Shown piece after piece: positions 28,401-35,490 of a stretch of 64,000 bases of DNA. The DNA lies in the NCBI GenBank assembly GCA_964362535.1, contig CAYIEN010000001.1, positions 16,271-80,270 on the forward strand, in the 5' to 3' direction. A model generated the notes under the pieces. The model had not been told where the DNA came from. It made no database searches and saw only the letters and a list, made by a program, of their open reading frames with translations. Numbering within the stretch: position 1 is the first letter of the stretch; each line of letters begins with the position of its first letter. Made by a program: the position numbers and the translations under genes. This DNA is from an uncultured Methanosarcinales archaeon (GTDB lineage Archaea > Nanobdellota > Nanobdellia > Woesearchaeales > ARS49).

Positions 28401-30432
28401 CATCCTCGGATTACCCACCCACCTCGTTAACGTCACCGTACCAACTGCAAGCTCCTACACCTACAACATTGCCTGCAAAAACGTCGCCGGACTCGGACCT
28501 GTCAGCGCAACAATTCCCTTCGTTGTTGACTTGACTATTCCGTTGAATATTACGAGCACCACTCCTGCATTTAACGGCAATGTTACCGTACCACTCAGCA
28601 TTGAAACAAACAAAGACACCTACTGCTATTACTCCCTCGGCGGAACGCTGAAACCTTTGGGTGACGTCAACAAATCAGCCATGGCACACGTCGCTTACGT
28701 GCCGATGCCCGGACCCGGACCATACAGCATCCCCGTCTATTGCAGCACTGGCGCGGATACTTCGCCCTTCGGAGTCGAAGAACGCAACATCACCGTCAGC
28801 TTCTTCATCGATTTGACGCCTCCGTGGATGACGTACGCCGACGACACCAGCAACAACCCCGAATATCCGCAATACTCCTACTTCCTTGACCGATTACGAG
28901 TCGCGTTCCTCGGAGCAGACAACGAATCAAGCGTCTCTCGATACCACTACCGCATCGAACAAAAAACAACCGGCGTCGTCATCAAAGACTGGACACCCAG
29001 CGTTGTGTTAACAGGATTGCCATTCTACGTAACGCCGCTCAATGTCAGCAACGGAGCCTCATACTTCTTCCGCGTTGTTTCCGAAAACCGCGCACGATTG
29101 ACCAGCAGCGAAATGCTCAGCGACGGTGTAACAATTGACATCACCAAGATACCGCCCCACTGCGTCAACGGCGAATTCGACCCAGGCAACGAAACCGACA
29201 TCGACTGCGGACTTGCTTGCCCACCATGTGGAGACTACCTCAACTGCATCGACAACATTGACTGCATCTCACGCATCTGCGAAAACGAAACCTGCCAACC
29301 CACCTACTGCGATGACAAACGTATCGGCGGCAACGAAACAGACATCGACTGCGGTGGCGGAACCTGCGACACCTGCGCCAACGGCCAACTCTGCGCAGCA
29401 AATACCGATTGCACAAGTCATTACTGCGACGCAGGCGTCTGCGGAGACAACCCCTGTTTCAACACAGTCCTCGATGGATTGGAAAGCGATGTTGACTGCG
29501 GCGGCTCATGCATTACAAAGTGCAACCCCGGACAAACCTGCAACACCGACTCTGACTGCGTCGCAGACAGCGACTGTGTAGATCACCTGTGCAGTGTTAT
29601 CGCTGACGAAGACGTTGATGGAGTGCCCGACGCGCGCGACAACTGCCCCTTCACTCCGATTGGTGAACCCGTCGACGAATTCGGATGCAGCGCAAGCCAA
29701 CGATACTCCTGTGGCGACGAAATTGATGACGCCTGGCGCATACGCTACTTCGGCGACGTCCTATGCGACGGAGACGGCATGGGGGTCGCGAACCCAGATA
29801 ACGACAACCGCAACAACCTCAAAGAATACCGCAAAGGCTCCAGCCCCATCGTCCCCGACGGCGGACTGTTCGGATGGATATTGCTGCTATTGCTCATCAT
29901 ACTCCTCGTTGCAGGATACATTTACCACCGCAAACACCCCGGATACTTCGCCGCACGCTGGAAAGAATTCACAAGCAGATTTGCAAAACAACAAAAAACA
30001 ACACCCACGCAACCCACAGCACATGTCTTGCCTGCATCTGTACGACCTTCCTTGCCTGACTGGCTCACTGTCGACGAACTCAAAAAACTCGGTCCCGAAG
30101 ACGTCAGCGCAAAAACATTCACTCAACTGGACACCTTTGTCAAAGGACAATTGCCCGCAAAACACCACGGCAAACTCCTCAAACAACTTGAACAAGGACC
30201 CCTCGATAAACTCCGAACACTCGCATTGGCCGGATTGTCCGCCAACGAACGCAAATTGTTGCTGAAACAATTACAACTTCTCCGACAAGGAAAACTCAGT
30301 AAAAAAGAAATGGAAGACCTCTTCCGCAAACTTAGAATCACCGCAGAATACTACAAGACGCATAAACTCGAACTCGAACACGAACTTGCTGCGTATTTGC
30401 GCGGAGAACGAGTCCGCAAGAGGAAAGCATGA
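25417..30432 (+). CDS. Giant (1671 aa) Cys-rich type I membrane surface protein / putative adhesin
   Basis: Signal peptide, FN3-like module, Cys-rich region and repeated Ig-like modules (VDTTAP, VDTSAP, VDLTIP, IDLTPP). Three tandem NETDIDCGG Cys modules, a thrombospondin-type-3-like DEDVDGVPDARDNCP, TM helix LFGWILLLLLIILLVAGYIY and a ~170-aa charged coiled-coil tail follow. ATGA overlaps at both ends. Confidence 0.8.
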   Translation: MRKIFLIGFIVLLAIVIGVNAQTSGCCCNLANATTQADSYLPSTSCLPAFPDFVVPTSTDIILNKTCSTKCGEVAGLPPVPSGSCGSADYKPPPANFSASPLKGTHAMQLTWIAPCAADAYIISRCTGSACSSFAAIGVIGAGTSFIDGSPELKWNTDYTYRIIAKYSIPGDSAPATTVGNTGDIECDSQFTTDSFCISSYYYEGFKTYLQANGYAGSPSTASSAFTSDFATAVNTAFFTKFNKGYSCDAKNKLISLKTCGVGEICVAKGTTPACITPSNCTLSTGIFGLGSTTTTCEGTSEDTKYCFMDKSATPVDACYTCSQALTCYDYKSKSSCERNNCFVGACSWRDTYTDIGGGVCIDDRFNSCPLCNKTSTTGAPNSQAYNAVFDQCSPEKASALSTPAYPCFYSNGQALDCSKATCKDYTPGQCGSPSGGITLAADNSILTPSTDPCGIKVCQYDPTPTIQCRKNADATPSDTFWLDCALTDAGCEKDYFTPVTTLIPVGSAGKYDFLNIRIWEKSNSSDYGHLALPPGEFTLTIGAPNTTTGDRKELKNFLTYFCANALNATACTSFVGVNSTQLNINDLALQDGTKVLFNFTPGWNTLRYYTRDPANNLEIIKSTSIFACTACQGPKVLNYTFTPGNQINGTVYTRSTTPIASVLFNEAAQLVFSGYIKGLLTQNITATPSSGFNYAYTFGMPTPALVEGSYIFSVNSRDTNDVYMGAPLSIPVVVDTTAPIATYSPIDGTIFKTGTVPVVITFSEPILVKNFTIIEYLVMNTTAGPVRYPVTRDITKLFVGSKNTTFTASLTLTEGKKTIAPIVTDYAGNPYAGNSSFVINALPPVVTIKEPAYGVSSTFSFPLTFETDSPSECRYWSSQTLPPPGTFTSLNPFDSTGTYEHKKTTFSEITKEGVPFKFYVRCEDTETGIGSSTFWLSVDTSAPKILTAYASPNPIVQYPLQTTLKVSTDDLTVCKYSPTTSSYDAMEYTFPYFGILGLPTHLVNVTVPTASSYTYNIACKNVAGLGPVSATIPFVVDLTIPLNITSTTPAFNGNVTVPLSIETNKDTYCYYSLGGTLKPLGDVNKSAMAHVAYVPMPGPGPYSIPVYCSTGADTSPFGVEERNITVSFFIDLTPPWMTYADDTSNNPEYPQYSYFLDRLRVAFLGADNESSVSRYHYRIEQKTTGVVIKDWTPSVVLTGLPFYVTPLNVSNGASYFFRVVSENRARLTSSEMLSDGVTIDITKIPPHCVNGEFDPGNETDIDCGLACPPCGDYLNCIDNIDCISRICENETCQPTYCDDKRIGGNETDIDCGGGTCDTCANGQLCAANTDCTSHYCDAGVCGDNPCFNTVLDGLESDVDCGGSCITKCNPGQTCNTDSDCVADSDCVDHLCSVIADEDVDGVPDARDNCPFTPIGEPVDEFGCSASQRYSCGDEIDDAWRIRYFGDVLCDGDGMGVANPDNDNRNNLKEYRKGSSPIVPDGGLFGWILLLLLIILLVAGYIYHRKHPGYFAARWKEFTSRFAKQQKTTPTQPTAHVLPASVRPSLPDWLTVDELKKLGPEDVSAKTFTQLDTFVKGQLPAKHHGKLLKQLEQGPLDKLRTLALAGLSANERKLLLKQLQLLRQGKLSKKEMEDLFRKLRITAEYYKTHKLELEHELAAYLRGERVRKRKA
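29155..29595 (+). repeat. Three tandem ~47-codon Cys-rich modules inside the giant gene
   Basis: HCVNGEFDPGNETDIDCGLACPPCGDYLNCIDNIDCISRICENETCQ / YCDDKRIGGNETDIDCGGGTCDTCANGQLCAANTDCTSHYCDAGVCG / PCFNTVLDGLESDVDCGGSCITKCNPGQTCNTDSDCVADSDCVDHLCS. Confidence 0.8.
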
Positions 30433-30911
30433 ACCGCGGACAAATCCTCGGACAAGTTTTCATTTTAATTTTGGCATCACTCATTTTTATCTTGATACTC
30501 GTTTATGGATACAAAGCGATTGGCCAATTTTCCAATAGGTCTGAACAAATCGCACTCATTGACTTCCAAAATAACCTCGCAAACGCAGTTAAGGCCATCA
30601 GTTTGGATTTCGGCAGCGTTAAACGACTCGACTTAACGGTTCCCTCTCGTTATCAACAACTCTGCGTGCTGTGCACAAACAGCCAAATCTGCGCGCCATC
30701 CGACACCTTTGCGCAAGCACACCCTCTCCTTGTCGAATCATGGCAAGGAGGCTCGCAAAACGTCTTTTTAGTTCCACTCTCCGAAACACCCATTCTACTT
30801 GAACGCGTCGAAGCAAAAGACGGAGCGTTCTGCACACCGTTCATTCAAGGCAAAGTATCACTGCGACTCGAAGGCAAAGGAGACCACACCTACATCGGAC
30901 CCTGGACATGA
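30429..30911 (+). CDS. Class III signal-peptide (pilin-like) protein, 160 aa
   Basis: MNRGQ-ILGQVFILILASLIFILILVYG with ATGA overlaps on both sides. Confidence 0.65.
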   Translation: MNRGQILGQVFILILASLIFILILVYGYKAIGQFSNRSEQIALIDFQNNLANAVKAISLDFGSVKRLDLTVPSRYQQLCVLCTNSQICAPSDTFAQAHPLLVESWQGGSQNVFLVPLSETPILLERVEAKDGAFCTPFIQGKVSLRLEGKGDHTYIGPWT

Positions 30912-31951
30912 AAGGACAATTCGAAGTACAATTCAACTGGGTATTCGTTCTGATCGCCGGCGCGGTTATTCTCGCATTCTTCTTCAGCATCGTCCTCAAA
31001 CAACGAGCCATCAGCGAACAACGCCTTGAATTGACACTCGCAGGCGAACTTGATGCAATAACGACCAGTGCAAGCGTCGCAAAAGGAGCAGCACAACGAA
31101 TCTCATTGCCCAAAGCAGGACTTGACTTTACTTGCTCCGATGAATGCTCGTGCACCTTCAGCGTCGGCTCTGTCACCAAAGATTATCGCGATAAACTTAT
31201 TTTTGCACCCAGCCACATTGAGGGAGATACCGTTGTCTTTTGGAGTCTTGATTGGCAAATCCCTTTCCGAGCAACAAATTTGCTGTTTGTCACCAATGAC
31301 CGCATCAAATACTTCTTTGTCCACGACGACAGCGCAGAGTCAGAACAACTCGTCGGCAAAGTCAAAGCATTACTACCCGAACAAGCCAATTCCGCATTTG
31401 TCACACTATCAGATGTCGATTGCAGGACAAACCCCAACTGCATCAAAAATGAAAACTACATCCGCGTTAAATTCGTTTTCCTGAATACTGACCCAGCATT
31501 TGGCGATTTACAACTTGATGATTCATTTAGTGATACGGAACTCGCGGCTGTTCACATTACTCCTGACGCCTTAACTTTCTTTAAGCGTGATAGCAAAACC
31601 GCAACCACATTCACTCCTGCATCCGCATACTACGCAGGCGACGCAACACTTTTCGCAGCAATTTTTTCCGCAGACGAACCCATGTACCGATGCAACATAC
31701 AAGCAGCATCACGACGACTCGGATACGTTGCACGCATTATTCAAAGCAGAATGGAAACCTTCCGCGCAGATGCAGCAATCATTGAACGAGGATGCGCATA
31801 CAACCCCGAAACTATCGCCCGCGTCGCGACCGTCGGCGACGAACAAGGCACATCACTTTCTTCCGGACTTACCGAATTACGCGGATTATCTCTGACACTC
31901 AACGACGAAAATGAAGCATTGCTCCGCCAAAGTTGCCCCACACTTTACTAA
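30908..31951 (+). CDS. Class III signal-peptide (pilin-like) protein, 347 aa
   Basis: MKGQ-FEVQFNWVFVLIAGAVILAFFF. Confidence 0.65.
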   Translation: MKGQFEVQFNWVFVLIAGAVILAFFFSIVLKQRAISEQRLELTLAGELDAITTSASVAKGAAQRISLPKAGLDFTCSDECSCTFSVGSVTKDYRDKLIFAPSHIEGDTVVFWSLDWQIPFRATNLLFVTNDRIKYFFVHDDSAESEQLVGKVKALLPEQANSAFVTLSDVDCRTNPNCIKNENYIRVKFVFLNTDPAFGDLQLDDSFSDTELAAVHITPDALTFFKRDSKTATTFTPASAYYAGDATLFAAIFSADEPMYRCNIQAASRRLGYVARIIQSRMETFRADAAIIERGCAYNPETIARVATVGDEQGTSLSSGLTELRGLSLTLNDENEALLRQSCPTLY

Positions 31952-31952
31952 C

Positions 31953-32438
31953 ATGAACACCTTACAAAAGAGAGCGCAAGTCAAAATGTTCGAAACACTC
32001 GCTGTACTGGTCGTGTTCTTTTTCTTCCTCATATTCGGCGCAAGCTTTTACTTCAAACTTCAGGAAAATGCCTTACATCGCGACCTTGACAAAAATACTC
32101 AGATACGGGCGGTACAAATTGCGCAAAAATCCGTACACTTGCCCGAACTCGATTGTTCATTCGTTGGTGTGCAGCGCGAAAACTGCATTGATTTTGACAA
32201 AATTACGGCGTTAACAGCACTCTTAATGTCAAGTGATGCTGCAAAAATAGAATATTTCAAATCATTTGAATATAGCACACTTCGATTCCACCAAGTCTAC
32301 CCTGAATCCGTGGACTACACTATTTACGATCGCAAACAAGGAGACAGTACAACGGCGTTGCAATTGCCCGTCGTTGTCTACCACGCCATCGACGGCAGTT
32401 ACGGCTTTGGGTATTTAGAGGTACTCGTGTATGCGTAA
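31953..32438 (+). CDS. Class III signal-peptide (pilin-like) protein, 161 aa
   Basis: MNTLQKRAQ-VKMFETLAVLVVFFFFLIFG. ATG 31953 lies 1 nt after the upstream stop; the track ORF starts at 31911 inside the previous gene. Confidence 0.6.
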   Translation: MNTLQKRAQVKMFETLAVLVVFFFFLIFGASFYFKLQENALHRDLDKNTQIRAVQIAQKSVHLPELDCSFVGVQRENCIDFDKITALTALLMSSDAAKIEYFKSFEYSTLRFHQVYPESVDYTIYDRKQGDSTTALQLPVVVYHAIDGSYGFGYLEVLVYA

Positions 32439-32898
32439 AGGACAAATGGAAATTTTAGGATTGGCGGTTATCGTTGTACTCATTATGCTTGGCGTTCTTT
32501 TCGCCGTGTTCTTTGTTTTGCGCGCGCCCGCATCCAACATCGCCCAAACCTACAAAGAATCACAACTTGCGTCAAGTTTGCTCACCACTATGTTGGCTAC
32601 GACGACACCTTGTCGGGGCGCGACCGTTACTGAACTTTTGCAAGACTGCGCATCAGCCGGACAACTCACCTGCCCCTACGGCACATCCTGCGATGAAGCC
32701 TCAAACGCTATCGGCACCATGCTTGAAGGAACACTCGGAGTTTGGAAACGCAGCTATCAATTCAGCATTACGGGCGCGTCAAACACTGAAGCAATCACGT
32801 TTGCTTCTGGCGACTGTACTGGCGAACGCGAAAGCCACACAAATCCTATTCCAACCGCTTCTGGAGCGCTCCAAGTCACGCTCAACCTTTGCGCGTGA
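32431..32898 (+). CDS. Class III signal-peptide (pilin-like) protein, 155 aa
   Basis: MRKGQ-MEILGLAVIVVLIMLGVLFAVFF. The start overlaps the upstream gene by 8 nt. Confidence 0.65.
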   Translation: MRKGQMEILGLAVIVVLIMLGVLFAVFFVLRAPASNIAQTYKESQLASSLLTTMLATTTPCRGATVTELLQDCASAGQLTCPYGTSCDEASNAIGTMLEGTLGVWKRSYQFSITGASNTEAITFASGDCTGERESHTNPIPTASGALQVTLNLCA

Positions 32899-32951
32899 TG
32901 TTGTGTCCAGGACAACACAACCTTAAATGCACATTCTGTTGTATTCTTTTT

Positions 32952-33443
32952 ATGGATTTTACCAAAAGAGATTTGATGATACTCAGTTGTTTGCGCGCAG
33001 ACGGACGTTGCAAACTCGCCCAAGTCAGCAGAACAACAAACGTCCCCATCAGCACCCTCTTCGAACGATTACGCGCCTATAAAGGAACAGTATTGGCCAA
33101 AACAACAAGCCTGCTTAATTTTAACGAAATCGGTTTTGCTACTCGAGCACACCTCCTTATCCGCTGTCAACGACAACGCGAAGAAGTTAAACAAAAACTT
33201 CTGGAATATGCAAACGTCAATTCGCTGTACCGCGTCAACAACGGCTACGACTACCTTGCAGAATGCGTCTTTCGCACCCTGCAGGATGCCGAAATATTCT
33301 CAGAACAGTTACGAACCACATTTGACGCTATTGTTCGCGTCCAATACATATTAGCAGACCTCAAACGCGAAACATTCCTCTCCGATCCCAATCTCGTTCA
33401 TCATGTCTACCCCACAAGACATTCCTCAGGACAACCTTTTTAA
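32952..33443 (+). CDS. Lrp/AsnC-family transcriptional regulator
   Basis: The HTH DLMILSCLRADGRCKLAQVSRTTNVPISTLFERL is followed by an alpha-beta (RAM-like) domain. The start is set at MDFTKRD. Confidence 0.55.
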   Translation: MDFTKRDLMILSCLRADGRCKLAQVSRTTNVPISTLFERLRAYKGTVLAKTTSLLNFNEIGFATRAHLLIRCQRQREEVKQKLLEYANVNSLYRVNNGYDYLAECVFRTLQDAEIFSEQLRTTFDAIVRVQYILADLKRETFLSDPNLVHHVYPTRHSSGQPF

Positions 33444-33466
33444 ACCGCTTACCTTCCTATTCCCCT

Positions 33467-34024
33467 ATGGAACACAAGGTTCGCGCACGAGTCATCATCG
33501 AAATGCTTGGAAGTCCCAAAGCACACGTACTTGACACACTGAAAGACTACGTTTCAAAGCTCAAAGAAGACAAAACACTCAAATTTGTCTCTGAAGAACT
33601 ATCTACTCCTGAACAACGAGATGGTGGCTTGTTTGCTGTCTTCACAGAAATTGACATTTGGTTCAAAGACGTTAGCCACTTGCTTGGATTCTGCTTTGAT
33701 GCATTACCCAGTAGCGTCGAAATACTCGAACCCGATACTATTTCGCTTCCGTCCAAAGAATTTGAGGGCGTTCTTAACGATCTACAAGCTAAACTCCACA
33801 CCGTTGATTTGGCACTCAAAAAAATGCGCGCGACCGCAAGCGTACTCGATAACAACGCCATGAACACCCTCCGCAACTTTATCATTTACGCACTCAAAGA
33901 ACCCAAAACGTCTCTCGAACTGTCCAAACTTGTTGGATTGCCCGCGGACAAAGTCGAACAGTTTATAGAGCCGCTCATCAAAGAAAAAAAGGTTAAAAAG
34001 ACAGGCAGCACATACAGCAGCTAA
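33467..34024 (+). CDS. Hypothetical protein with C-terminal wHTH-like segment, at the position usually held by scpA
   Basis: 185 aa. The C-terminus is LRNFIIYALKEPKTSLELSKLVGLPADKVEQFIEPLIKEKKV. It lacks the kleisin N-terminal FeGPLDLLL-type motif. Confidence 0.45.
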   Translation: MEHKVRARVIIEMLGSPKAHVLDTLKDYVSKLKEDKTLKFVSEELSTPEQRDGGLFAVFTEIDIWFKDVSHLLGFCFDALPSSVEILEPDTISLPSKEFEGVLNDLQAKLHTVDLALKKMRATASVLDNNAMNTLRNFIIYALKEPKTSLELSKLVGLPADKVEQFIEPLIKEKKVKKTGSTYSS

Positions 34025-35232
34025 TGGACGAACTCAAAAAGCAGGTGGAAAGCGTCCTGTTCTCGGTCGGTAAAAAGATCGAGCTGCAGGAAATCGCAAA
34101 ACTCGTACGCGAAAAAGACCTCGACCTTGTACTTCGCGTGCTCGAACAACTCCGCGGCGAATACGAATCACACTCAGGCTCATTAATGATTGTGCAAGAC
34201 GGAACTGCTTGGAAGCTGACGGTGCGCGAAGCGTATCTTTCTACCGTCCGCAAAATAGTCACGCAAACAGAACTGCCCAAAAGCGTCATGGAAACGCTTG
34301 CGATTATCGCGTACAAGAACCCCGTCCTGCAAAGCAACATTATCAAAGTACGCACCAACAAAGCATATGACCACCTCGCACTTTTGGAATCTGACGGATT
34401 TTTGACACGCACAAAGAAAGGACGCACTAAACTTATTCGCTTGTCTCAAAAATTCTTTGATTATTTTGACATTCCTGAAGAACAATTGAAACAAAAATTC
34501 TCCAACGTTCTTGCTCTCGAAAAAGCAATCGAAGAAAAAGAAACAGAAATCGAAGCCTCCACCAAAAACGTTCTAGCAAACCAAGAAACCATCAAAAAAC
34601 ACGACGACGCGCACAAATTGTTTGTTGCCGCAGAACATAAACGCATCGACGAAGAACTCTCTAAGATGCCTGAAGTCGATTTGGTTGACGATGAAGGAAA
34701 TGCGCAAAAACTCGAAACGTATCCCACTACTCCCGCTCCCGAACTGCCCGAGAAACACAAACTCGGCGCAGGCGTTGAAGTTATTAGCTCCACTGGACTC
34801 GATACTTACGGTGAGGATGAAGTAGACCCCGCACCCATGCCTGGCGGCAAAAAAAGAGAAAAACAAAAAGCGCAAAAATCAAAGATGCCTCCCGAAATGA
34901 TTGCACAACTCACCGCAGAAGCATCTGAAAAACCACAAACTCCTGAAACACTTGAAGACGCAACCATTGTTGAAGCACGCAAAGCAGCCGCCGAAGAAAT
35001 GGCCGCAGCAAACCAAGAAGATGAAACTCCTGCAATCACCGATGAACAAATCGATGAAATCGCCCAAGACATCGCGTCTGGTAAAAAAACACGCGAATTC
35101 GGCGGCAAAGGAATGTTCCCGAAAGGAGTGCCTGAATCAGTTGAGAAAAAGATTGATGAGCGAGTTGACGCAATTGTGCATGGCGAACCCGCAGAAAAAG
35201 AACAAGATTCTCAAGAAGGAAAAGCAAAATGA
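34024..35232 (+). CDS. scpB: Segregation and condensation protein B (ScpB) with ~230-aa acidic/charged C-terminal extension
   Basis: VESVLFSVGKKIELQEIAKLV plus a tandem wHTH layout in the first ~170 aa, then a low-complexity E/K/A/P-rich tail. Confidence 0.7.
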   Translation: MDELKKQVESVLFSVGKKIELQEIAKLVREKDLDLVLRVLEQLRGEYESHSGSLMIVQDGTAWKLTVREAYLSTVRKIVTQTELPKSVMETLAIIAYKNPVLQSNIIKVRTNKAYDHLALLESDGFLTRTKKGRTKLIRLSQKFFDYFDIPEEQLKQKFSNVLALEKAIEEKETEIEASTKNVLANQETIKKHDDAHKLFVAAEHKRIDEELSKMPEVDLVDDEGNAQKLETYPTTPAPELPEKHKLGAGVEVISSTGLDTYGEDEVDPAPMPGGKKREKQKAQKSKMPPEMIAQLTAEASEKPQTPETLEDATIVEARKAAAEEMAAANQEDETPAITDEQIDEIAQDIASGKKTREFGGKGMFPKGVPESVEKKIDERVDAIVHGEPAEKEQDSQEGKAK

Positions 35233-35378
35233 TTTTTTTGTTGCGTTGTCCCGGTTGCCATAATACTATGAAGTACCACACTGATGACCGCATCTTAACT
35301 GATAAACGCAAGCAATGCGTGTACTGCCCGAAAAGCTTCGGTGTGCGCAAAAACATCGTTTCTACGTCGAGCCAATAA
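35229..35378 (+). CDS. Small zinc-ribbon protein (49 aa), absent from the ORF track
   Basis: My translation is MIFLLRCPGCHNTMKYHTDDRILTDKRKQCVYCPKSFGVRKNIVSTSSQ, with CPGC...CVYC. Its ATG overlaps the scpB stop (ATGA). Confidence 0.5.
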   Translation: MIFLLRCPGCHNTMKYHTDDRILTDKRKQCVYCPKSFGVRKNIVSTSSQ

Positions 35379-35490
35379 TGCATTTAAATGCCGTATTGGG
35401 CTTTATAAACGCATTTTAGGAAGCAAAACCTTATAAAGCGGCCGCGGTTTTTTAGCAGTGAGAGTAGGGGTTTTTCGAGCTCTCCATTCC

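Noticed and set aside
29135-29581. 148-aa alternative-frame ORF rich in Thr/Ala/Ser/Pro inside the giant gene
   Set aside because: It is a frame-shifted reading of the three Cys-module repeats. The main frame is continuous over 1671 codons with coherent domain structure.
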